In this document: piece after piece, positions 20,964 to 30,530 of the stretch | Layout: each line of letters opens with the position of its first letter | Numbering within the stretch: the stretch's first letter is position 1 | From: Nitrospirales bacterium | GTDB lineage: Bacteria; Nitrospirota; Nitrospiria; Nitrospirales; UBA8639 | Assembly: GCA_963555755.3 (NCBI GenBank) | Contig: OY820905.2 | Span: 2,688,001 to 2,752,000 of the forward strand | Direction of reading: 5' to 3' | Length of the DNA: 64,000 bases | Translations under genes and position numbers: made by a program | The notes under the pieces: generated by a model | The model's database searches: none | Seen by the model: only the letters and a program-made list of their open reading frames with translations | What the model was told of the DNA's origin: nothing

Positions 20964-21521
20964 TTAGGATTTTGCTAACAATTGGTTAATCAGTTCACGC
21001 GCTTCGGGACTATTCCAATCGCGGGCGCCAAATACCCGATGGCGAAGAGTCCCTTGGCGATCGATCAAATAACTCATCGGCAAGGTTCGTATGCCATACG
21101 TCCCGCTCACCCGATAATCCAAATCATGCAGGATTGGAAAGGTAAGGGACTTGGATTCCACAAACGGTCGCGTCACCACACTCCCCTGAGGGTCGGAGGA
21201 AATCGCCAAAATCTCAAATCCCTTTTCCTTTAGTTCCTGATACACGATTTCCATACTTGGCATTTCGACTCTGCAAGGGCCACACCATGTGGCCCAAAAA
21301 TTCACAAGGACGACTTTCCCTCGATAGTCCGAGAGCGAGAGCCACTTTCCCTCCAAATCAATAAGCTTGAACTCAGCGGATACATCTCCAAGTTTGGGGC
21401 GACTCTTTTTATACCCAACGGTCTGGCTAGTCCCCTGATCTTGAGATCCTTCAGTGAGCCTGGAATCGCACCCCAATCCAAATACAAAAACGACCAGGCT
21501 CAGACACCACACATTCTTCAT
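20964..21521 (-). CDS. TlpA/ResA-like thiol-disulfide oxidoreductase lipoprotein
   Basis: VNFWATWCGPCRVEMP; lipobox-like GLGC. Confidence 0.9.
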   Translation of the reverse strand: MKNVWCLSLVVFVFGLGCDSRLTEGSQDQGTSQTVGYKKSRPKLGDVSAEFKLIDLEGKWLSLSDYRGKVVLVNFWATWCGPCRVEMPSMEIVYQELKEKGFEILAISSDPQGSVVTRPFVESKSLTFPILHDLDYRVSGTYGIRTLPMSYLIDRQGTLRHRVFGARDWNSPEARELINQLLAKS

Positions 21522-21887
21522 TCTGGTAGAATACCATTGATTCGTCTCTGAGGGTAGGTCCGCAATCTTAAACCAAGGTGAAAAGGCCGCCAGCCTGCAC
21601 TGACGTTTTAGACCTCACTCCTCCGTCATGATATTACTACCTTCTAAAAAGCGTCAATTGCCCTGTAGATAACCCAGGTTCATAATGAGAGAGGGACAAC
21701 CTGGACACGAGGCTACTTACCAATTATACTACGTAGTTAATTTCTTACGCTTTGGGCTCAAAGACATTCCCATGCTTTACCGCACTATTATAGATATTAT
21801 TACCTAGGTAATTAACTTTACGAAGAACCTTCCGAAACCAATTTCCTCATTCCAAAAAAAGATAAAAATCCAAGTGGTTCCAAGCTT

Positions 21888-22562
21888 ATGACAGCCATTT
21901 CCTGCCAAGACCTCTGTAAGTCCTATGGACATTATCAAGTCTTAGACGGCATTAGCCTGAAGATTCATGAAGGGGAATGCTTTGCCCTGTTTGGACCCAA
22001 CGGTGCGGGCAAGACCACCCTGTTAAAAATTCTGGCGACGCTGCAACGACCGAGTGAGGGACATTATGAAATTCTTGGCTTGGATGGGCTCAAAGAAAAA
22101 GAAGCCATTCGAGCTAATATCATGTTTTTAGCCCATGGTGCTCATCTCTACGACGATTTAAATGCCAAGGAAAACTTGGAGTTTGCCTTGGCCTTACGAG
22201 GACTAAGCCCGACGCAACACGAGATAAAACTAGCCCTGGACCGCGTCGCCATTGGAGCTTTTGCGGACATGAAAGTTCGGAACTATTCCGCGGGAATGAA
22301 GAAACGGTTGGCGCTGGCCAAAGCCATGTTAGTCAAACCCAAGGTTTTGCTGTTGGACGAACCCTTTGCCGCGCTCGATACAGCTGGCACTGAGATCATG
22401 CGCGAGTATATTCGTGAGCGGCTGTCGGAACATAGCGCCGTGCTCATGTCCACTCATGATCGTGAGAAAGCGCGTCCCATTTCTAGCCGAGCTGGAATGC
22501 TTCGGCAAGGAACGCTCCAAGAAATCTCCATTGAGGCTCTTCATTCAGATGACCTTTTTTAA
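21888..22562 (+). CDS. ccmA: Heme ABC exporter ATP-binding subunit
   Basis: GPNGAGKTT, YSAGMKKR and LLDEP motifs; first gene of the ccm operon. Confidence 0.92.
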   Translation: MTAISCQDLCKSYGHYQVLDGISLKIHEGECFALFGPNGAGKTTLLKILATLQRPSEGHYEILGLDGLKEKEAIRANIMFLAHGAHLYDDLNAKENLEFALALRGLSPTQHEIKLALDRVAIGAFADMKVRNYSAGMKKRLALAKAMLVKPKVLLLDEPFAALDTAGTEIMREYIRERLSEHSAVLMSTHDREKARPISSRAGMLRQGTLQEISIEALHSDDLF

Positions 22563-23226
22563 CGTCATTCGCTGGATCGTGTGGAAGGATCTGGTCACCG
22601 AACTGCGAAGCCGGGAGACCATGTCGTCGATGGTGTTTTTCGCGCTCATCGTGATTTTTATTTTCAGCTTTAGCTTTTCCATGGACCAGCAAGCGGCGCG
22701 AGAAGTCATTGCGGGTATTATTTGGGTAGCGTTCGCGTTTACCGGGATTATCGGTTTGGGGAAATCATTTTCCACCGAACTGCAGAATGACTGCCTCGAA
22801 GCGCTCCAAATGGTGCCAGAGTCCAAAGGCGCTATTTATTTGGGAAAAGTCGTGGCCAATTTTTTGTTTATTTTTGTCGTGGAAATCCTTTTATTTCCGA
22901 TGTTTGTGATTTTTTTCAATTTGGACGTCGTTGAAGAGATTTCAATCCTTCTGTTAATATTTTTCTTAGCCACCGTGGGTCTTTCAGCCGTTGGGACGCT
23001 CTTCTCGGCCTTGACGGTTCAAATTCGGGCCCGTGAAGTGATGCTCCCAATTTTACTCCTTCCCATGGTGATCCCGGTCATGATCGCCGCGGTTGAAGCC
23101 ACGAAAGGCGCCCTCAATGGAGATCCCCTGACAATGTATAGTCAATGGCTAGAGCTACTAGCCATTTTTGACGTAATATTTACGGTGGTCTCGTTTTGGC
23201 TGTTTGAATTTGTGATGGACAACTAG
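22549..23226 (+). CDS. ccmB: Heme exporter permease
   Basis: KDLVTELRSRE..LPILLLPMVIPVMIAAV. Confidence 0.92.
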   Translation: MTFFNVIRWIVWKDLVTELRSRETMSSMVFFALIVIFIFSFSFSMDQQAAREVIAGIIWVAFAFTGIIGLGKSFSTELQNDCLEALQMVPESKGAIYLGKVVANFLFIFVVEILLFPMFVIFFNLDVVEEISILLLIFFLATVGLSAVGTLFSALTVQIRAREVMLPILLLPMVIPVMIAAVEATKGALNGDPLTMYSQWLELLAIFDVIFTVVSFWLFEFVMDN

Positions 23227-23260
23227 CAGACCAGATGGGAAACTGAAAACAAGTTAAACC

Positions 23261-23989
23261 ATGATCATTCATCGAGTCATACGAAAAGTTCAACGATTCC
23301 AAGGCTGGTTTGGCGGTGGCGCAGCCCTGTGCATTATTGCAGGCCTCTACATCGGGCTCATTGATTCCCCCCCGGATTACTACCAAGGGGAAGTCGTTCG
23401 GATCATGTATGTCCATGTTCCCTTGGCCCACACTTCGCTCTTTGCGTACATCGTCTTATCCGTCGGGAGCATTTGGTATTTATGGAAACGTGACCCCATT
23501 GTGGACAACATGTGCCATGCCGTGGCCGCGTTGGGTGCGATCTTTACCACCTTGGCCTTGGCGACCGGGATGATTTGGGGCAAGCCTACTTGGAATACCT
23601 GGTGGACCTGGGATGCACGCCTAACCTCCTATACCGTGATGCTGTTAATTTTAATCGGCTATTTAATGCTCCGAACCTTTATTGACGACCAAGAAAAAGA
23701 AGCACGGTATGCAGCAGTCCTCGCTATCCTTGGGCTTGTGGATCTTCCCATCATTCATTTTTCCGTGGAATGGTGGCGGACGTTGCATCAACCGCAATCT
23801 TTTTCCATGCGAGGCGTGAGCATGTCCTCTGAAATTTTGGTACCGCTGATGTGTATGAGCATCGGGATGTCCTTACTGTTTTCGTATATGCTAATGGTTC
23901 GTACGCAATTGTTATATCTCGACCGCTTGCTGCACGCGAAAAAAGGACGGCTGTTGAGTCAGTTCCACATGTCGCAATCCGATTCATGA
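23261..23989 (+). CDS. ccmC: Heme exporter/chaperone CcmC
   Basis: YVHVP; WGKPTWNTWWTWDARLT WWD motif; WWRTLHQ. Confidence 0.95.
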   Translation: MIIHRVIRKVQRFQGWFGGGAALCIIAGLYIGLIDSPPDYYQGEVVRIMYVHVPLAHTSLFAYIVLSVGSIWYLWKRDPIVDNMCHAVAALGAIFTTLALATGMIWGKPTWNTWWTWDARLTSYTVMLLILIGYLMLRTFIDDQEKEARYAAVLAILGLVDLPIIHFSVEWWRTLHQPQSFSMRGVSMSSEILVPLMCMSIGMSLLFSYMLMVRTQLLYLDRLLHAKKGRLLSQFHMSQSDS

Positions 23990-24471
23990 CCAGTTTGTAT
24001 CTTCGATGGGGCGGATTGCTGATTGTGGCTGTGGGGTTAAGCGTATTGACCTACAATCACTATCAACAACACCTGTCGACGGTGTCTCCTCACCAGATGA
24101 AGGAGCAAGCCCCTCGTCAAGAAATTCGGCTCTTCGGAATGGTGCGTGGCGGAACATTGGAAGGTAAGGTGAAAGCCGGAGACGCCACCTTCGAGTTGAT
24201 TGGAAACGACACATCCGTCACCGTTCATTATCAAGGGCCACCACCGGATAATTTGCGCGAACTCAAGACTCTGATCTTGATTGGGAAGTGGAATCCATCC
24301 GATAATATCTTTGAAGCACGAGATATCGGATTGGTCACGAATTACGGCTTCGTGATCGGGGCGTATTTGATTGGGCTGATTCCGTTGGCCATTTTCCTGT
24401 TTGCCATGAGTCGGCGAGTCGAACTCTTGTACGAAGAAATCAAAGAATCGAAACTGTATCAGGAAGAATAA
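23986..24471 (+). CDS. CcmE-like OB-fold protein lacking the heme His, with a CcmD-like C-terminal helix
   Basis: IRLFGMVRGGT..F.L..VTVHYQGPPPDNLRE aligns with CcmE; tail NYGFVIGAYLIGLIPLAIFLFAMSRR; occupies the ccmD position. Confidence 0.65.
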   Translation: MTSLYLRWGGLLIVAVGLSVLTYNHYQQHLSTVSPHQMKEQAPRQEIRLFGMVRGGTLEGKVKAGDATFELIGNDTSVTVHYQGPPPDNLRELKTLILIGKWNPSDNIFEARDIGLVTNYGFVIGAYLIGLIPLAIFLFAMSRRVELLYEEIKESKLYQEE

Positions 24472-24474
24472 ATC

Positions 24475-24930
24475 ATGGGTGCAAAAAATAAAAAAGTCGG
24501 CGTGATTGTGAGCATCATGTTGGTAGGCGGAGCGTTAATCTACCTGGCCCTTGGCAACTTCGGGGAAAACTTGGTGTACTTTTTTACGCCCTCTGAAGTG
24601 AAGGCATTTTCGTCTGAGTATTATCAGAAAAAAGTGCGCGTCGGTGGCATGGTTGTAGAAGGAAGCATGGAAGCCTATGCTGATCGACTCGGGCTGACAT
24701 TTGAATTAACCGATGGTGAAGCGACGATTCCCGTCACATTTGAGGGCATCCCGCCGGACCTTTTTAAAGAGGGACAAGGCGCTGTGGTCGAAGGCTACTG
24801 GACAAACAAACATCAGTTCCAATCCAACCTCATCATGGCCAAACATTCCGAAGACTACATGCCTATTGAGCTCAAACGCGCGGGGGTCAAACTCCCCCGC
24901 AAGGACTTCATGAAAACCTTGGTTCAGTAA
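24475..24930 (+). CDS. ccmE: Heme chaperone CcmE
   Basis: LVYFFTPSE, VRVGGMV, PDLFKEGQGAVVEG and AKHSEDY (HxxxY). Confidence 0.95.
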   Translation: MGAKNKKVGVIVSIMLVGGALIYLALGNFGENLVYFFTPSEVKAFSSEYYQKKVRVGGMVVEGSMEAYADRLGLTFELTDGEATIPVTFEGIPPDLFKEGQGAVVEGYWTNKHQFQSNLIMAKHSEDYMPIELKRAGVKLPRKDFMKTLVQ

Positions 24931-25055
24931 CTCTACAACCAACTTCCCTCTATGTATGGCTTATGTGGAAATTGTTTTGGCAAGGAAATTCTACTGCTTT
25001 TACCCTCGCCCCCCGTGAGGGGGTTTCTATTTACGTGTAGAATCTCAAAAGCCTT

Positions 25056-27005
25056 ATGATCATCGAAATCGGACATTTTTCCGTTGTCATTGCCCTCGTG
25101 CTCTCTGTGTTTGGGATTGTCTCGTCTTTTATCGCGGTCCAGACTCGCAATGTGGACTGGGTGCGCGTCGGACGGATCTCCCTCACGCTCATCTTTATCC
25201 TGCTGTCCATTGGCATGGCGTCGTTGATCTATTCGTTCCTGGTCCGTGACTTTTCCGTCCACTACGTCGCGGCCACGTCGAATTCGCAACTGCCCTTGTT
25301 TTACACCGTTGCCGCAGTCTGGGGAGGGCATGAGGGATCACTCCTGTTATGGGTCTTTATTCTGTCTGCCTTCAGCACGATTGCTGTCTGGCTACATTGG
25401 CGAACCCAACCGGCCATCATGCCATACCTCATCGGCACGGAATGCTTGTTGATTTTGGGGTTCCTCCTGTTGATCGTCTTTCTTTCAAGCCCGTTTGAGC
25501 GACTCATACCCACCCCCGCTGATGGCAAAGATTTAAACCCGTTACTCCAAGACCCTGCCATGGTCATGCACCCGCCTATGCTGTACATGGGCTACGTCGG
25601 GTTTTCGATTCCCTTTTCCTTTGCCATGGCGGCATTGTTCTCCGGTCGGCTGGGAGAAGAATGGATTAAAGTCACCCAACGCTGGACGATCTTTGCCTGG
25701 ATGTGTCTGACCACAGGAATTTTGATGGGTGGGTATTGGGCGTATTATGAATTGGGCTGGGGTGGCTACTGGGGTTGGGACCCGGTGGAGAATGCGTCAT
25801 TTATGCCATGGCTCGTGGGGACGGCCTTCCTGCATTCGGTGATGGTTCAGGAAAAACGGAAGATGTTTAAGGTCTGGAATCTCTTCCTCATCATCGTCAC
25901 CTTTTCGCTCTCGTTAATCGGCACCTTCTTGGTTCGAAGCGGTGTCCTCACTTCGGTCCATACATTTGCCACTGACCCTGAACGAGGGCTCTACATCCTG
26001 ATTTTTGTGGCCACGGTCATCGGCATTGCCTTTGGTACGTTAATCTTGCGAGCCAACAAACTGAAAAGTCAGGTCGAAATGGACTCCATGGTGTCCCGGG
26101 AATCTATCTTTCTCTTCAATAATTTATTTTTCTTGGTCGCAGCGGCCACCGTCTTTCTTGGCACCCTGTATCCACTCATGATCGAAACATGGCAAGGGGC
26201 GAAGGTCACCGTCGGGCCTCCGTATTATAACACGGTGTTCATGCCCATCGCGCTTGGCCTCTTGTTTTTGATGGGGGTCGGCCCCTACATTCCCTGGCGC
26301 AAAGCCTCCCAAGCCAGCTTAAAGAAAAATTTTGTGGTCCCCCTAGCCATTGGATTCGTTTCAACCATTCTATTATTCGCCTTAGGCATTCACAGTATCT
26401 TTGCGTTGGCTGGCACATTTGTCGTGGGATTTTCGGGCGCAAACATCCTTATCGACTTTGGAAAAATTTCCTTACTGTATTCCCGACGTGAATCCGTCAA
26501 CCTGCTGAAGGGATCTCTGTTGGCTTTTACCTCCAATCAACGACGCTACGCAGGGATGATCACACATGTGGGCGTGCTGGTGTTGGTCATTGGCATTATT
26601 GCTTCGACTGTGTACCAAACTGAAAAAGTGGTGTCGTTACGAGTTGGGGATGAGTTCGTGATCGATGATTATCGAATGAAACTCGAACGCATCCACGAGG
26701 TCCGAGGGAAAAACTGGAGTGCGCAGGAAGGCGTATTTAAAGTCTACGAAGGAGACACGCTGCTCACCACATTACGTCCTCAAAAGCGCGTGTATGATGC
26801 CTCGCAAACACCAACGACCGAGTCCGCGATTTATGCGAAAAACATGGGGCATATTTTTCTGACCATGCCGGATGTATCACCTGATGGAGTGGCTGTTGCC
26901 AGGGGCGTGATTAATCCGTTGATCCTCTGGGTCTGGGGTGGCGGCGGAATCATGGGTCTCGGGGTGTTATTGAACATCTTCAGACCGAGAAAAAGGGACG
27001 AATGA
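25056..27005 (+). CDS. ccmF: Heme lyase CcmF
   Basis: WGGHEGSLLLW; HPPMLYMGY; WAYYELGWGGYWGWDPVEN; SVHTFA. Confidence 0.97.
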   Translation: MIIEIGHFSVVIALVLSVFGIVSSFIAVQTRNVDWVRVGRISLTLIFILLSIGMASLIYSFLVRDFSVHYVAATSNSQLPLFYTVAAVWGGHEGSLLLWVFILSAFSTIAVWLHWRTQPAIMPYLIGTECLLILGFLLLIVFLSSPFERLIPTPADGKDLNPLLQDPAMVMHPPMLYMGYVGFSIPFSFAMAALFSGRLGEEWIKVTQRWTIFAWMCLTTGILMGGYWAYYELGWGGYWGWDPVENASFMPWLVGTAFLHSVMVQEKRKMFKVWNLFLIIVTFSLSLIGTFLVRSGVLTSVHTFATDPERGLYILIFVATVIGIAFGTLILRANKLKSQVEMDSMVSRESIFLFNNLFFLVAAATVFLGTLYPLMIETWQGAKVTVGPPYYNTVFMPIALGLLFLMGVGPYIPWRKASQASLKKNFVVPLAIGFVSTILLFALGIHSIFALAGTFVVGFSGANILIDFGKISLLYSRRESVNLLKGSLLAFTSNQRRYAGMITHVGVLVLVIGIIASTVYQTEKVVSLRVGDEFVIDDYRMKLERIHEVRGKNWSAQEGVFKVYEGDTLLTTLRPQKRVYDASQTPTTESAIYAKNMGHIFLTMPDVSPDGVAVARGVINPLILWVWGGGGIMGLGVLLNIFRPRKRDE

Positions 27006-27025
27006 TTTCCTCTTTTCCTCCCTAT

Positions 27026-27060
27026 CCCCCTCAGGGGGGGAGAGGGTTGGGGTGAGGGGG
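27026..27060. repeat. Short REP-like GGGGAGAGGGTTGGGGTGAGGGG element
   Basis: Near-identical copy at about 28137-28177; related sequence near 8184-8212. Confidence 0.6.
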
Positions 27061-27071
27061 TTGTCTGAATT

Positions 27072-27626
27072 ATGACACGCACCACGCAAATCACCATTCT
27101 CGCTGTACTGTTGGGCTTGCTGACCTTGTTTTACCAAGGGCTGTGGGGCGATCCTCGGCATATCCCACCAGTCCTAGTGGGCACCCAAGCCCCCATTTTC
27201 GAAGGACCGGATGTTGAGTCAGGCAAGCCACTGTCTTCTAAACAGTTCAAAGGCAAAGTCATTCTCGTGAACTTCTGGGCCTCCTGGTGTCAGGAATGCA
27301 AAGTCGAACATCACAATCTATTGAGATTGTACGATGAGTTTAAAGATAATCCGGAATTTGTGATGCTTGGCATCAACTACCAAGACGAGGTGCCACTGGC
27401 ACGAGCCTATTTGAAACAATATGGATCGAGCTTCCCGCATGTTCGTGATATCAAAGGCGCATTGGCCATTGATTTTGGGGTGTACGGCGTGCCGGAAACC
27501 TTCGTCATCGATAAAGAGGGAGTCATTCGCCATAAATGGATCGGCCCAATCGTGGGCGATGTCTATACCAATCTCACGAAAAACATCCTGACCCCATTAT
27601 TAAACGGCTCGAACCCCGCAATTTAA
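27072..27626 (+). CDS. ccmG: Thiol:disulfide interchange protein CcmG/DsbE
   Basis: NFWASWCQECKVEH; FGVYGVPETF. Confidence 0.92.
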   Translation: MTRTTQITILAVLLGLLTLFYQGLWGDPRHIPPVLVGTQAPIFEGPDVESGKPLSSKQFKGKVILVNFWASWCQECKVEHHNLLRLYDEFKDNPEFVMLGINYQDEVPLARAYLKQYGSSFPHVRDIKGALAIDFGVYGVPETFVIDKEGVIRHKWIGPIVGDVYTNLTKNILTPLLNGSNPAI

Positions 27627-28091
27627 ATGCCACACCTCTTAACCCTTATGATCCTGCTGTGTTTCGTCTTCCCTTCTGGAGTCTGGGCAGAAACCGTAGA
27701 TGAGACAGAAATTGATGAAAAGGTGCGCGAGATTGCGAAAATTCTTCGGTGCACCGTGTGCCAGACCGAAAATATTTGGGAATCTGGCGCGCCATTAGCC
27801 CATCAAATGCGAGAAGCCGTTCGGGAACGTGTCATCAAAGGCCAATCGGCTGAGGACATCCTGGCCTATTTTCACAGTCGCTACGGCGACTACATCATGA
27901 TGGAACCACCCAAACATGGATTTAATTGGCTCATTTGGTTGGCCCCGTTTCTTTTGCTCCTTGGTGGCGGAGCCCTATTATTGAAGGAAATCAAAGGGTG
28001 GGTAACTCGAACTCCCGCGCCGCCGACAGAAACTCCCCCACCTCTTGATGAAGAATCTCGACGTCGTATTGAACAAGAACTGCAGCCATAA
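27627..28091 (+). CDS. ccmH: CcmH
   Basis: LRCTVCQ; YFHSRYGDYI..PP..WLIWLAP. Confidence 0.93.
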   Translation: MPHLLTLMILLCFVFPSGVWAETVDETEIDEKVREIAKILRCTVCQTENIWESGAPLAHQMREAVRERVIKGQSAEDILAYFHSRYGDYIMMEPPKHGFNWLIWLAPFLLLLGGGALLLKEIKGWVTRTPAPPTETPPPLDEESRRRIEQELQP

Positions 28092-28244
28092 AGGTGACAC
28101 AGGGAATTATTGTTTAGGCAACTACAGACCTTAGCTCCCTCGCTCCCTCAGAGGGGGAGAGGGTTGGGGTGAGGGGCTCCCCTCATTCACAACAGCGATC
28201 TATCGTTAGCCGTTCCACACGCAACACCTACCTAGAAAATCTTC

Positions 28245-29165
28245 ATGTCGATCATTTTTCTTATTGCCTGCGTCATCATCCTCATCGGGGTGCTTGTCGC
28301 TATTTCCTCACCATTTTGGCGCAAAGATCCAACCACTCCAGACCTGATTAGTCAGGAAGCCGATGAAGATCAGGAACGCGCCGATCTCTCCGTCGAACGC
28401 GAGGTCTTACGCCAATCACTCCAAGAACTCGAAGTAGAACTCGCGCAGGGCCGATTAGAGCAAGTGGATCATGACCGATTAAAAGTCACCGATGAACATC
28501 GCTTGATAGGAGTCTTGGATCGACTCGAAGCCTTAGCCACATCCAGTACGCATGCAGCAGCAGAGCAACATACGAAGAAAACGGGGAAGGCTTGGGGGTC
28601 GGCGATTGCGGCCAGCCTCGTCGTGCTAGTGTTATCGGTCGGGATCTATAGCTTCCTGCAATGGCGGACCATTAACCGGCTCGTAGATGTCCAAGCCGAA
28701 ATGGGAACCCAAGCGCCAGATCCACGAGAAATGGTCGCCAGGTTAGAAGCCCGACTCAAAGAGAATCCCGATGATGTGCAAGGCCAAATGATGGCTGGTC
28801 GATCCTACCTGGCCTTAGACCGTGTCGATGATGCGAAGAAAGCCTATGAAAAGGTATTAGAACTGGACACCAGGAATCATGAAGCGCATTACAAATTGGG
28901 CATCATCATGATCGAAGAACGAAAATTCGACGACCCCAAAATCTTTAAAGCCGCTCTCGAACATTTCGATGTGGTGTTAGTCGACCTGCCGAATCAACCA
29001 GGGGTCAATTGGTACAAAGGATTGGCCTTGTGGTATTTGAAGCGCTACCGGGAAACCGAAGAGTACTGGGCCACCGCCCATACCAATCTCAAACCCGGTA
29101 GCCAAGACGCCGAATTCGTCAAACAAGCCCTCGTCAAACTGCGCAAAGGCGAAACGCCGTTTTAA
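28245..29165 (+). CDS. ccmI: CcmI/CycH-like TPR protein
   Basis: Two TM segments with LQELEVELAQG coil; RLEARLKENPDD and TPR repeats; last gene of the ccm operon. Confidence 0.8.
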   Translation: MSIIFLIACVIILIGVLVAISSPFWRKDPTTPDLISQEADEDQERADLSVEREVLRQSLQELEVELAQGRLEQVDHDRLKVTDEHRLIGVLDRLEALATSSTHAAAEQHTKKTGKAWGSAIAASLVVLVLSVGIYSFLQWRTINRLVDVQAEMGTQAPDPREMVARLEARLKENPDDVQGQMMAGRSYLALDRVDDAKKAYEKVLELDTRNHEAHYKLGIIMIEERKFDDPKIFKAALEHFDVVLVDLPNQPGVNWYKGLALWYLKRYRETEEYWATAHTNLKPGSQDAEFVKQALVKLRKGETPF

Positions 29166-29211
29166 CAAAGGTCTCCGCTCGAATTTCCACAAATTTTTTG
29201 ATCTAATATCA

Positions 29212-30393
29212 CTACTGTCCGGTTAAATTATCGAACAAATTCAATTGGTTGCACATGGCATAGGCCGCCTCATTGTAGCGCTTATCCGTAAGGAGTTGAT
29301 TCAATGGAATTTTCTCAAACAGGGTCAGGCTCAACACCTGTAAAATTGTGTAGAGGTCTGCCTTGAGATCGAGTCGTTTTTTGATGATTGCCACCAGCAC
29401 ATAGATCGAGATGGCGATCCAGATCTGGCTCTTGACGGCATTCTCGGAGGTGCCAAAAAACGATTTGATTCTGAGATGCTGTTTGATCCATTTAAAAAAG
29501 AGCTCCACTTGCCAGCGATAGCGATAGAGATCGGCGACGGTTTGTGCCGGCGTGGCAAAGTTGTTGGTGAGAAAGTTGAACGTCTTGTCGGTCTTGCTGT
29601 CGTGGTATTTGACTCGTCGCAATGGCTGAGGATAGGCGTGCTTGGTATTGGCTCCAGTCAGCACGATTGTCTGATCGCATCGCAACCCATGAGCTTTGTC
29701 GATGGCATGGGAGTATTGCCGTTTGTACTGCGTATTGCTCTTGGCTCGAATGACGAAAAATGTTCCCGATTGCGTGAGGGTGAACAGTCGCTCGAAGTCC
29801 AGATACCCTCGATCCATGATATAGAATGCTCCAGGCTCTGGCAGAAGGATATCGAGAACATTGACGTCGTGAAGCTTGCCGTCCGAGATATGGATAAAGG
29901 TCGGAATATTGCCGCGTAAATCGAGCAGGGTATGGAGTTTCACGGCGGACTTGGTGGAACGAAACCGTGCCCAGGGAAAAAGAGACAGGCAGAGATCGAT
30001 AGTGGAGGCATCGAGCGCGTACACGGTATGGTTGAGATCGAGCCCCAAGTCCTCTTTGGCATACAAGGGACGGGCCAGCTGGATCAAGGCCTGAGCGAAG
30101 TCGGCATAAATTCGCCAATCTCGTTGTTCGTTGGCCTCGGCCAGGGTGCTCCGGGAAATCGTGGTGCGAATCCCCATATGATAGAGTTTGGTTTGGTGAG
30201 CACGAAGACAGGCTTCGATATCGCGAAGACTTTCGCGATAGGTCAACTGTGCAAACGCCATGACCAGGTACTGATCGAGACAACGGAACTGCTTCACATA
30301 GCGTTCGCCTTGATAACGCTGAACAGATCGACGAAAGGTGTGCAGGGGTAAATGATCGGTGACTTGTGAAAAAATGAGTTGCCCCTCGTGCAT
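29212..30393 (-). CDS. IS4 family transposase (DUF4372 N-terminus)
   Basis: FAQLTYRESLRDIE; DASTI, MDRGY and YRYRWQVELFFKWIKQ (YREK-type) motifs. Confidence 0.93.
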   Translation of the reverse strand: MHEGQLIFSQVTDHLPLHTFRRSVQRYQGERYVKQFRCLDQYLVMAFAQLTYRESLRDIEACLRAHQTKLYHMGIRTTISRSTLAEANEQRDWRIYADFAQALIQLARPLYAKEDLGLDLNHTVYALDASTIDLCLSLFPWARFRSTKSAVKLHTLLDLRGNIPTFIHISDGKLHDVNVLDILLPEPGAFYIMDRGYLDFERLFTLTQSGTFFVIRAKSNTQYKRQYSHAIDKAHGLRCDQTIVLTGANTKHAYPQPLRRVKYHDSKTDKTFNFLTNNFATPAQTVADLYRYRWQVELFFKWIKQHLRIKSFFGTSENAVKSQIWIAISIYVLVAIIKKRLDLKADLYTILQVLSLTLFEKIPLNQLLTDKRYNEAAYAMCNQLNLFDNLTGQ

Positions 30394-30530
30394 GGTGTGC
30401 CCCCCAAATATCGGAGAGTGCCTCAGCACAGCATTTTTCACAATCGAAATCGGTAACACCCATTAAATCGTGATTTCCTTTGTTAGAACAGGGAGTTAGC
30501 GCGGGTGTTGGTCACTTTTACCGGACACTA

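Noticed and set aside
29492..30463. 323-aa alternative-frame ORF in the IS4
   Set aside because: Overlaps the intact transposase and has no recognisable motif
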